From assembly GCA_038087875.1 (NCBI GenBank), contig CM075991.1, forward strand, positions 12,154,001 to 12,218,000: 64,000 bases of DNA. The letters are read 5' to 3'. The stretch comes from Malacoraja senta. Taxonomy: Eukaryota. Numbering within the stretch: the stretch's first letter is position 1; every line of letters starts with the position of its first letter. The notes under the pieces are model-generated. The model was given only the letters and a program-made list of their open reading frames with translations. It did not search any database and had not been told where the DNA came from. A program made the translations under genes and the position numbers. Below are positions 25,801 through 35,300 of this stretch, piece after piece.

Positions 25801-28476
25801 CCTCACCCATGTAATCATGACATGCACGCACCCACCCTGATCAGTGATCATCTGCGTCATGGATAAGATTTGATTTTTATCTTAATCCAGAATAAGCAGT
25901 TTACTATACATGTCGGTCAAAACGTCTGCAATGACTCCAGAAATGGTGGATCCCTTTTAAACTTTCATTACTACCATGCCATATTAATTGAAGCCTTTGC
26001 AAATTTGTGGGTACAGCTTTAAAGTTTCAAATTATGTGGAGCTTCTCATCTCGCTATTGCCTTTCCACTTACATCGTTCCATCGTACAGTAACATCTTCC
26101 TCTGATAAGCCTGTTCTCTTCTTATTACCTAGAAAATGTGTTACAGTTATTCAATGTTGCGTATAGCTCAATCCAATTACACTCCTGATTTATGAATGAT
26201 TGAAAAGGTTTGGGGAGTAAGGATATGATCAATTCACAGCAGGACACAAAGCGTGTGATTTGGTTTTGTATCTGTAGAGTTTGTGTGGCTGATCCAGTTA
26301 AGTTTCAAGTTGAGTGTAACATGGAGATACTGAATCTCTCTACCATTGGCAAATTTACTGTTAATAGCTAAATCAGTATTGATTAGCAGGAAGGCTAAGG
26401 AGCCCATCTATTGTGATAAATTTAAATGAGATAAGGCAAAGTAATATTTAGCAGAGATACACTAATAATTAAATATATTTGCACGTTAACAAGAGAATTT
26501 CTAAAATGATACAATTCAAAAATCATATAAACTCATGAATAGAACAATGTTTACCAGAGATATGAAACAAAATAGACAATAAACAATAGACAATAGGTGC
26601 AGGAGTAGGCCATTCAGCCCTTCGAGCCAGCACCGCCATTCAATGTGATACAAATCAAAATGTATAATTCTGATCTCTATGATTAGAATAGACATGTACC
26701 AGATAAATTACAAGAATGACTTACAAGAATGATACAAAAATAGAGAGCTAAAAACTAAACAAGTTGAGTGCTCCGCTTTCTAGGGAACAAAAGTTGAGGA
26801 ATTGAGAATGAACCTTAAAGTCAATCGAGTGCACACAAGATTTTTATTTTTTGAGAATGTGGAATTCAATACCACAGGAAATAGTACTCAACAGGGATTA
26901 GCAAAGATGCATTTAAGTGAAATCTAACAAAATAGATGAGAGGAAAATGGGGTATGCTGGCAGTGGTTTTAATGAGAGGTCCCCAAATTATATTCTCACA
27001 TATTGCAACAGGAAGGCCCTGGGAACCTGTTTAAATCAGAAAGCTAAACTACAGGGTCAAGGGTGATTTTTGGAAACTGCAAATAATTCAGAAGGAAGAT
27101 AACTGGACCAATAATGCAGCATTTTCTCAGTATTTACAACTGTTTATTACCAGATTCGCGGCATGCACTTGTAATTTCCATGTCAATGGGTTCATAACGT
27201 GACAGAGTTACATTCTCCATGTTTTCCAATGGAAAGAATGCTACCAATTTATTAATGTTCTCCCAATTAATGCAGGCGAGGGTCATTTATTTTTACACAT
27301 CGTTTCCTCAAAGGGAAGCAGAGGAATGTTTTAAATCAAGAAGCAGATTAATTGGTTACTGTGAGTTACCTCTGGCGCTCGTGGATGGAATGAGAGTCAG
27401 GGGGAGTTAACGGTAAATAAATATAAGAATAAGACTAATGAGACTGTTCAAAGAGCTGGCACAGACTTACTGGACCTGCCATGTCCTAAGAAAATATGAG
27501 ATATATTCTTGATAAACAAGGGAGTTGAAGTTAACGGATAGGCAGGAATGTAAACAATCAGAAGTAATAATCAGGACAGCCATGAAATCAATATTTGACT
27601 GTCACCCCTCTCCATGTCTCTCATAATTGTATTTACTTCTATCGGGTCCTCGGGTTGAGATTGAAAGGGTATTTCTCCAAACATTTTACTTTAATATAAC
27701 TTGTCAAATATGGAATCTGCCTTCTAACTAAAATACTCCCAATTCTTACATTTCACTTGCAGTAACTTGCATTTATATTGCTGTTTATAATAAAGAAAAT
27801 CCCAAGGGTCTTAAAATAAAATCCAATCGTCAATGAAGAAGGCTATTAAGAGAATGGAAAGTGTTATTAGAAGGCTATTAAGAGAATGGAAAATGTTATT
27901 ATTATGGGATTCAACAGAGACATGCCAGTTATCTAAAAACACAAGAAAGTGCAGATGTTGAGGAAAACAATTCTGGATGATTGAAGCTGCCGGATCTGCA
28001 AACTCGTATAGATATTGTAAGTAGGTGGAAATATAGGGCCACGGGGTGGTGTCAGGTGTTATGGGAATGGGTAAGAATTAGATCTGCCATGATTGAATGG
28101 CGGAATGATGGACCGAATGGCCTAATTCTGCTCCTATCACATGAACTTATGAAGAGGGAGATTTCGAAAAGATTAAGTGCAACATCAAAGGGCTGAATGA
28201 CTATTATGGCTGTGGTCCAATGTCAAGGGGGATAGTTCCGAGAGGAGACTAGGTTACACACAGAAGCGACTCAGTGCATGATAACTAGATAGTAACTGCT
28301 CGTGATTTCGCCCAGAGGGGTGGTTTTCAGCGGCTGGGCGGCCTTGACCGGTGATTGCCGAGGGTGATGTGGGGAGCACGGCTCACCCCCTCGTCTCCCT
28401 CACCTCTGAAGAGCACGGTCACATAGACTCGGGAACTGTGGATCCTGGAGACGGACAGCCCTCCAACCTGGAGCAT
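1688..28476 (-). CDS. FER1L5: Type-1 ferlin (FER1L5-like, myoferlin/dysferlin subfamily), exons 1-19; gene continues beyond the left edge
   Basis: 19 exons with GT-AG ends and continuous frame: 28404-28476, 26073-26128, 25187-25278, 23271-23379, 22599-22659, 21946-22094, 21053-21181, 20457-20519, 19605-19655, 19230-19260, 17515-17630, 9687-9810, 7701-7804, 5122-5190, 4706-4749, 4394-4470, 3666-3781, 3144-3257, 1688-1865. Encodes C2A, C2B, FerI, C2C and the following region. Ferlin identity is firm. FER1L5 rather than MYOF/DYSF is inferred from the IFFQNFH motif and adjacency to ANKRD39. Confidence 0.8.
1934..2310 (-). mobile_element. CR1/HER1-type LINE 3' end
   Basis: Homologous to 29050-29420. 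Confidence 0.8.
3144..3257 (-). CDS. FER1L5: ferlin exon 18
   Basis: MEGVYYRGRILIELITKMGELSGNNIVDLPSEDSLIVQ. Confidence 0.92.
3666..3781 (-). CDS. FER1L5: ferlin exon 17
   Basis: [38 protein letters not shown]; GFLPxFGPCxxNxYGSPRE ferlin motif. Confidence 0.93.
4394..4470 (-). CDS. FER1L5: ferlin exon 16
   Basis: KSAIKNKPLGTTHLNISKISSMGQE. Confidence 0.88.
4706..4749 (-). CDS. FER1L5: ferlin exon 15
   Basis: FPSLSDNIWFTVYD; 44 bp. Confidence 0.88.
5122..5190 (-). CDS. FER1L5: ferlin exon 14
   Basis: VETKVVENQINPEWNQVIYLRSR. Confidence 0.9.
5650..6225 (+). mobile_element. CpG-rich SINE-like retroposon with a LINE-type 3' stem-loop and (TTGTA)n tail
   Basis: 3' end TTTGGACCTC-AACG-GGGTCCAAA...AATAAA-(TTGTA)3; GC/CpG far above the flanks. 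Confidence 0.65.
6424..7239 (+). mobile_element. Non-autonomous Helitron
   Basis: A|TCTATATAATTAAAAG 5' end; subterminal hairpin GGACCC-AAC-GGGTCC (7213-7227); CTAG|T 3' end; no TSD. Confidence 0.85.
7701..7804 (-). CDS. FER1L5: ferlin exon 13 (C2C)
   Basis: TKGLMTNLKHKFGVDTYRKGGVDSFLEVNFAGNK. Confidence 0.88.
8052..8500 (-). mobile_element. CR1-type LINE 3' end
   Basis: Same 3' UTR/tail architecture as the other CR1 ends in the window. Confidence 0.7.
8840..8892 (+). ncRNA. HDV/CPEB3-like ribozyme motif, decayed (catalytic C to T at 8882)
   Basis: L3 UUCACGU intact; mismatches in P1, P2 and P3; CGAA changed to TGAA. Confidence 0.7.
8840..8978 (+). mobile_element. ~140-bp non-autonomous retroposon with a 5' HDV-like ribozyme (copy 1)
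   Basis: 11-bp TSD gatggactagt (8829-8839 / 8979-8989), AAG-type tail. Confidence 0.88.
9687..9810 (-). CDS. FER1L5: ferlin exon 12
   Basis: LDKKGTNEEDDVESNLLQPTGVLSRWVTFILKIYKAEDISQ. Confidence 0.92.
10162..13869 (-). pseudogene. Tx1 ORF2 (APE-RT-zinc finger), split by about 2 frameshifts
   Basis: Consecutive ORF pieces 13351-13869, 11112-13358 and 10162-11280. Confidence 0.9.
13870..16213 (-). pseudogene. Tx1 ORF1 (gag-like nucleic-acid-binding protein), fragmented
   Basis: Starts MAMAGARLKNRSYAGVAS; pieces 15891-16151, 15149-15910, 14709-15188, 13952-14239; a frameshift at the C-run near 15925. Confidence 0.8.
16808..17070 (-). mobile_element. Penelope-like element 3' fragment
   Basis: [16 protein letters not shown] remnant followed by the hammerhead-core repeat. 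Confidence 0.7.
17515..17630 (-). CDS. FER1L5: ferlin exon 11 (FerI)
   Basis: [38 protein letters not shown]. Confidence 0.92.
19230..19260 (-). CDS. FER1L5: ferlin exon 10 (31 bp)
   Basis: MDIGAVYEFP; phases fit both neighbours. Confidence 0.85.
19605..19655 (-). CDS. FER1L5: ferlin exon 9
   Basis: VLNSHSLRSDSMIGIFK; gtgagt donor. Confidence 0.9.
20457..20519 (-). CDS. FER1L5: ferlin exon 8
   Basis: IFFQNFHKTPLEVFNTSIHIQ. Confidence 0.88.
20686..20892. mobile_element. Partial Harbinger-like MITE (one terminus)
   Basis: CpG-rich block ending GTGGGACAGGGCT; the matching left TIR was not found. Confidence 0.4.
21053..21181 (-). CDS. FER1L5: ferlin exon 7 (C2B)
   Basis: IRIRIIEGRHLQGVNIRPVVKVYVGDSSFRTRIKRGNNPVFDE. 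Confidence 0.92.
21946..22094 (-). CDS. FER1L5: ferlin exon 6
   Basis: Pro-rich linker ending SSKPQDFQ, the conserved ferlin pre-C2B motif. Confidence 0.85.
22599..22659 (-). CDS. FER1L5: ferlin exon 5
   Basis: NTISFDIIYDAPTNKKHKED; end of C2A; gtaagt donor. Confidence 0.8.
23271..23379 (-). CDS. FER1L5: ferlin exon 4
   Basis: LVGSTVVRLGGLIGEKNKILSFNQIPLLDKNKQKTK; 109 bp. Confidence 0.85.
25187..25278 (-). CDS. FER1L5: ferlin exon 3
   Basis: KLDFKLKGNPLDAKSSLQIHLKENGKSGKS; 92 bp. Confidence 0.85.
26073..26128 (-). CDS. FER1L5: ferlin exon 2
   Basis: NKKRTGLSEEDVTVRWND; 56 bp; ag/gtaagt ends. Confidence 0.85.
28404..28476 (-). CDS. FER1L5: ferlin exon 1 (coding part)
   Basis: MLQVGGLSVSRIHSSRVYVTVLFR-G; donor AG|gtgagg; lies in a CpG island; phase 1 matches exon 2. 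Confidence 0.8.
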
Positions 28477-28599
28477 CTTCAGCCACCAGCCACGTCTCCA
28501 GGTGATGAGAGCGCGGCGCCTTCCATTTCCCTCCTCCGGCGGGGCCGGTAACCCGAGAGGAGAAACACGGCCATTCGAAGGGCAGGCGTAACAAAGGGC

Positions 28600-28860
28600 G
28601 CCATGTGACAAGGCCGCACGGCCCGGGCAACGCGACGCGACGGCGGACAACAACCGCCCGACGGAGCCCGGGCAACGGGCCACGTGACGGGGGGGGGGGT
28701 CCGGGCAACGTGACGGGGGGGAGCCCGGGCAACGGGCCACGTGACGGGGGGAAGCCCGGGCAACAGACCATGTGACGGAGTGGCCCGGGCAACGGACCAC
28801 GTGACGAGGGGGAACCACCCGGCAAAGGGGCTGCATGTGCCCCACGTGATGGGGGGGGGG
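28600..28860. repeat. Degenerate ~30-bp tandem repeat (GCCCGGGCAAC-GGGC-CACGTGAC-Gn)
   Basis: Six CCGGGCAAC copies interleaved with CACGTG/CATGTG boxes. Confidence 0.85.
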
Positions 28861-29046
28861 AGGTGAGGGTGAAGGCAAGAAGCGGCGACGACGCCCGTGT
28901 CACGTGGGATGCCGATGTCCTGGGCCTACGACCATATGACGCGGGACGGACACGACAACTTTCGACGAGCACAGGGTGAGGGAAGCTTTAAGACATAAAC
29001 ACTCGAGGCGAGACATCCGTCGTGTACACCTTCCTCATCTGTCGTA

Positions 29047-29695
29047 GAAACATAGAGACATAGAAAATAGGTGCAGGAGTAGGCCATTCGGCCCTTCGGC
29101 CCTGCACCGCCATTCAATATGATCATGGCTGATCATCCAACTCAGTATCCCGTACCTGCCTTCTCTCCATACCCCATGATCCCTTTAGCCACAAGGGCCA
29201 AATCTAACTCCCTCTTAAATATAGCCAATGAACTGGCCTCGACTACCTTCTGTGGCAGAGAGTTCCAGAGATTCACCACTCTCTGTGAAAAATGATTTCC
29301 TCATCTCGGTCCTAAAAGACTTCCCCCCTTATCCTTAAACTGTGACCCCTTGTTCTGGACTTCCCCAACATCGGGAATAATCTTCCTGCATCTAGCCTGT
29401 CCAACCCCTTAAGAATTTTGTAAGTTTCTATAAGATCCCCCCTCAGTCTTCTGAATTCCAACGTGTACAAGCCGAGTCTATCCAGTCTTTCCTCATATGA
29501 AAGTCCTGCCATCCCAGGAATCAGTCTGGTGAACCTTCTCTGTTCTCCCTCTATGGCAAGAATGTCTTTCCTCAGATTAGGAGACCAAAACTGTACGCAA
29601 TACTCCAGGTGTGCTCTCACCAAGACCCTGTACAACTGCAGTAGAACCTCCCTGCTCTTATACTCAAATCCTTTTGCTATGAATGCTAACATACC
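29047..29695 (-). mobile_element. CR1/HER1-type LINE 3' fragment
   Basis: LYRVLVRAHLEYCVQFWSP...LEFRRLRGDLIETYKIL; (TCTATG)-type tail. Confidence 0.88.
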
Positions 29696-32227
29696 TGTCG
29701 ACTGATAAACCTTTTTTGCAGTGAGTCCCAACACAAATTGGAGGACCAGCACCTCATATTTCGCTTGGACAGCTTACAACCAGCGCTATGAATATTGATT
29801 TCTGTAACTTAAAGTAACCCTTGCTTTTCCTTTCTCTCCGTTCCTCCCCAGCCCTTGTTCTCCGTCTAGTTTCACTGTCCACCTGATTCATTTTGTATGC
29901 CTCCTTGTCACCTTCCCCTCAGCTAACAATGAACCGTTCGGCATTTCCGTGAGCAGCGGCGGCTTTAATCTGTCGTTTTCACACCTTACTCTTCCACATC
30001 TCTAGACTGCCAACTGCTGCCGGTTTCATGATGGGCCAACATTTGGTCAACAGGTTGGTTGAGGGGAACCAAGTTTAGTTTCGTGACACGTGTGCCGAGG
30101 TACAGTGTAAAGCTTTTGTTGCGTGCAGCAAAACCAAAGGTTTGCTGTGGATATAAAACCAGTTGGGTGTGTGTGGAGAGGAGCATGTGAAGAGGCTTCT
30201 GAGAATCTCGCAGATGGGTGTGCAAACACCAGGTGACTGCTTCTATTCTTGCACACCAGTGTTTGTTATCTTCCTTCTTTCCTGCTTTGGCACCTTACCT
30301 CACCTCACTTTCTTCCCCTTTCCACCCACCCACACACCAGCTCTGAGAAGATTGCCATCAGCAGTAGACCAGGGCGCAAGGCAGCTAATGCAACAGCCTT
30401 GAGTCAGTGCTTATGCTCTTGCTCCCATTTGCACGTCTATCTCGGCTTACCAATTTCGGTCCCATCAAATGTCACTGTTACTGGCCGTACATTTGAATTT
30501 GGTGAGCAGCTCATCGTTCTGACCACTACTTTTGAGGGAAAGAATGGAGAGTACAAACAAAGTCATGGAGAATTTAGTAAATCACATTATTTTTTCATCA
30601 CAGGTACTGACCTCCACACATCGAAGGGATCCATAGTAGATGTTTCCTCAAAAAAGCAGCCAGCATCATCAAGGACCTGCAGCACCCTGACCACTCTGAA
30701 CAAATTATTAGTGATTTTAGTGGAATCACACCAGAGATTACTGACAATGCTCTGCAGGTGGGGCAACATTTTTGGAGGAAAATGTAAACATTTCAGAGCG
30801 ATGACAGCAACTAGTGCCTCACATCCAAAGCCTTGCATTCAATCCTGACTTTGTGTGCTATCTGTGTAGGGCTTGCACCTTCTGCCTATGACATCAGTTT
30901 CCTCGAGGTGCACTGGTTTCTTTCCACCTCACAAAAGATTCAGTTAGCCACTGTAAATCACTCCTAGTGTCTACATGAATGGTAGAATCTGGGGAGAACG
31001 GCTGAGATTGGGTGGGGTGGGGGGGGGGGGGGCTAGCTCGGATGCTGGCCCTGCTATTGGTTGCAGTTGAATTTGGGAGCGGCGCTATTGGCCAGGACTT
31101 AATGGGGGATTTCTGCCTGTAAAAAGTTTTTTACAAGAGGGGTTCACCGAGGGGCCGAGTTGCGATCAACGCTGCGGACGGAGGCAGAAAAAGAGGTGTG
31201 CTGTAAACCAGGCCCCGCGCAAACCGAGACAAGTGTTTTTGTTCTCTCTAGCCAATAAATCCGATTTGTAACTAAACAGACTAGTGAGCTTTTTTCTGTT
31301 CTACTAGTCAGATCCTTGAACCTGTTCCCTTGTAACACTACTGTTCTTTGAAGAATCTTTAAAACAGCAGACAAGGTCTTGGCTAAACATTTCATGCTAA
31401 AGTCTGCATTCCTGTCATTGGAATCATTCCTCAGCATTGTCCTGATCCATCAGAGTATTATTTTGTGCTAAAATCTCTGGACCAGAAATTGAACTACAAT
31501 CATCTAAAACAAAGGCATGAGTGGCACTGACTGCCAAATGATTTTAAAGGGTCTCAACTCACTTTATTAATTCCTTCTTTTCTGTCAAACTTATCAAGCT
31601 TACAAAATGTGGACTTTTGCTAACCCCTTTCCCAGAAAAACCTGCCTTCTGTCAAACCAAATTCCGCAAATCCGCTCAGATCTTACGTTACACATTTGTT
31701 GCTATTTATGACACAGATTTATGTCACAAAGTTTTAAATTGTACTTTTGAGTCTAGCAGTCCATCAATCTTACAGACCGGTTTGAAGAAATTGCATCTCA
31801 AATTGTTCATTTTGGTTAGGATTAACTGCGGAGACTGGTAGCAAAGATGAAAAAGTAAGATGAAATGTGGAAAAATAAAACTGTGGATAAGAATAGCCTA
31901 CTAATTTGAAATTTTAATACCTTAAAATATCAGTCTGTTTGAGCAGGATAAAATAAAGTAGTAGCAACTTGGTTGTTACATTACTGCATTTAGTAACCCA
32001 GAAAATTATAGTCATCAGTTGCCCCTCAGCAATATGTGAACTGGATGCAGATATTTTTGTAAATCATCCACAAGTTGATCAGCACATCAAGTCACATCAG
32101 CCTGGCAATCCACCAGACAAAGCTCCAATGTGACTTATAAATGAAGGACACTGTTACTTTTACAAAATCTATAGTTGATGTTGTAAGTGCTGTATTGGCA
32201 GGGGATATTAAATCCAGAAAATGTTTT

Positions 32228-32383
32228 TCACGTTAACTTCCTGGGCTGCAGATGTTCCTTCAAAGTTGGATGGTCTGTCACCAGATCATGAGGTGCTCTG
32301 GACCTTCTGTCCTTTATTGTCCTTAGGGCAGGATTCTCCTGGAGCAAAACATCGCACACCTCCTGATGACCCCTTTCTGCAGC
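32228..32383 (-). CDS. ANKRD39: ANKRD39 last coding exon
   Basis: [35 protein letters not shown]...KLT*. Confidence 0.9.
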   Translation of the reverse strand, partial: AAERGHQEVCDVLLQENPALRTIKDRRSRAPHDLVTDHPTLKEHLQPRKLT

Positions 32384-35300
32384 CTGTGGATAAAAGACAT
32401 ATTGCTTGTAAAGAATTTCTAAGTTTAATTTCACTCAAAAAGCCAGCTTCTTTGCATGGACTTGGCTAATGTAAACGGATGATCTGGGGAAGCAGAGTGG
32501 GAGATTTGCTAAAACAGATCAAGAAAAATATTCCCTGAAGTACACAGACCTCCATTAATACCCAAGATGTTTCCTACATCTGATGAAAGATTTTGGATCT
32601 GAATCCGTTTCTCTTTCCCCATTTATTTTTATTTCAGATTTTCCAGCACCTACAAATCTTTGATTTTCATGTCTACCACATGCTCTTCTAAATTAGCACA
32701 AAGCTCAAATTATTAATACCATTTCTTTAAACCAATAGTTCCCACATCAGTTATCTGGTAGGTCATTACGTCTTAGTGTAGATTGCCCAGCAAACCTAAA
32801 CAGCATCGTTATTACTAGCTGTAGGCAAGTAATGTAGGAAAGTTGCCTGTGGAGAATCCATCACTTAGTCTTCCCATCTGGAAAGTGCAAGTGAAGCACC
32901 ATTTGGACCTGTCCCCTCACTTCAGAACAGATGCTGCCAGTTTGATCTACATAAAGGATGCCTTGTGTTAATTAATGGGGAGCTGCAGTCAGTGAGACAG
33001 AAGAATGACACATGCTAAAGACAATTCTATGCAGAATACATATTGAGCCAGATTAGCCAGTTGGTAAATAATCCTAGTCTATCCAACCACTCCATGTAGC
33101 TGAAGCCCCATAACCCAAGCAGCATTCTAGTAAACCTCCTCTGCACCCTCTCCAAAGCCTCCATATCTTTCATGCGATGGGGCAAACCGAACTGCATGCA
33201 ATATTCCAAATGCGGCCTAACCAAAGTCCGATAGAGCTGCATCATATTATTGGATGTGCATACTTAGTTTTAACCATTATAAAGATCTGCTTACTGAATC
33301 CCTTATGTTGCAATAAGAATAAACAGAAAGCTTGCATTTTTACCTATTATTAAAATATACTATTGAGGCAAGAAACAGGATGCAGCTCCACCAAGTGGTC
33401 GTATCCATGACATTCAGAATTATACTGCACATTTAACAGAGAAAAAGTGGTAGATTTGGAAAAACATCTTGGGAGGAAAAAGACAAAAGGTCTAGGGAGG
33501 GAATTCCAGAGCTTGGGCCTTGAACATTTAAAGATATCAAAGCAGCCAGAATCATTATTACCCCATCAGGATAGAGGAATTAGCAGATATAGGGGGAGAT
33601 TAGGCCGCAAAGTGATGTGAAAATATGGTTGGCAATTTTAAACTTGAGGTACTGAATAACTAGGAGCCAATAAACGCCAGCAATGAGCGAGTCAGGTCTA
33701 GAGGCAGCACAGACTTGGATGAAGGTTTCAGCAGCACGCAAGGGCACAATTGAACAATGTTACAGAGGTGGAAATAAGTTAGCATCAGGGATAACACGGA
33801 CATACAATCAGAAACTGGGCTCATACATAATACCAAGACTGGTGTCAGAGTGGCCAAGAATAGCAGTTGACTTTGTGGCTCTGCAAGAACCACTGACACA
33901 TGGTGTTGATTATCCTTATGTTTGTTATGTGTCATAGAGACAGCATGGAAACAGGCCCTTTGGCCCAACTTGTCCTTGCTGACCAACATGCCCCATCTAA
34001 GATAGTCCCACATGACTGTATTTCGCCCATATCTAAACCTTTCCTATCTATGTATCTGTCCAAGTGGTATAGACCATGGGAGTAGTTGGCAGAGAAATAA
34101 GTGGTGGTATGGGATTCATGGCGTTGCGCCAAGCCAGGATAGTTTTGATGGGCCAAATGCCTTCCTCTTACACTTATAAGGAAAAATTAAATGAGAAATG
34201 TTCCCCTCTTTAGATGGAAGGAGTTTCTGCCCATTCAGTACTGAGGAATCAAAGGAGATGATAATAATGGAAGTGGGTGTTACAAACATGAATAAATTAA
34301 TACTGTTTTTTGATCATGTATTGAGAAGCAAAATATAGAAAATGTCAAGTTTAAGAAAGAACTGCAGATGCTGGAAGGTAGACAATCTTTCTCCAGCATT
34401 TTTGTTTACCTTAGAAAATGTCAAGGATCAGTAGAGGACTAAAAGTACAACAGTCCAGGTGTGAAAAGATCAATTGGGTGGGGTCTCTCCCTGGTGGATG
34501 ACATCAGAAGATGGTCTGTTTAAGAAGGAACTGCAAATGCTGGAAAATAGAAGGTAGACAAAAATGCTGGAGAAACTCAGCGGGTGAGGCAGCATCTATG
34601 GAGCGAAGGGACGTTTCGGGTCGAGACCCTTCTTCAGAAGATGGTCTGATCAGCCAGTTAAAGACTGCATGCAGGACAAGTGGGCGGTTTGCCTTTAGAA
34701 CATCATAGGAACAAATTTATCTTGAATAAGCATGTTTGATGGGGGGGGGGGACCAAAATTAACGTTGACCACAACGTCTGCTGTAACTGTAAACATGACA
34801 CTGCTTTAAAAAAGGACTAACGAATTGCAGCAAAATATGGGCTGACAGTAGCATCACCATACCTTGTGTAGAGGAGTCGTGCCGTCATCATCCGTGATAG
34901 CAGAGGTGGCTCCATAGGACAGTAGCAGCTTGAGCACAGGGAGGTGGCCACAGTAGGCAGCTCTGTGAAGTGGAGTTGCCCCTCCTTTGGTCTGAGCATT
35001 ACTGTTTGCTCCATTCTTCAGCAGATACTCGCAGATCTTATAATCACCACGGCGACTGGCATAGTGCTTTGAACAAAAGTAGAGAGATAATTTGGACGGA
35101 GTATTCAGTGGAAAGATAAATCTTTCTGCCTATAATTATCTTCCCCTTTCTACTGAATCTACTAGTTATTTTATTAAATGATAAACCCACATGACCTATC
35201 CTTCCCATGATGTCTCCATGAAAGAGACCAATAGTAGGTCTAACTGTTCCACAGACTATGGTAAATGTTTCCAATACAGGAATTATAATTCACTTTTGGA

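Larger units (their letters stand above)
28300..29040 (-). promoter_or_regulatory. Ferlin gene CpG-island promoter
   Basis: CpG-dense region spanning exon 1 and upstream. Confidence 0.75.

Noticed and set aside
27837..27900. 32-bp tandem duplication
   Set aside because: Ordinary intronic slippage duplication with no functional cue.
28327..28972. Long Pro/Arg-rich ORFs over the ferlin promoter
   Set aside because: Artefacts of the GC-rich tandem repeat; only 28404-28476 is supported as coding.
30249..30848. 199-aa plus-strand ORF
   Set aside because: Non-ATG start, no recognisable domain, overlaps degraded LINE and SINE fragments.
31030..31310. LTR-like fragment with CCAAT-type boxes and AATAAA
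   Set aside because: No TG...CA termini, TSD or second copy found; cannot be supported.
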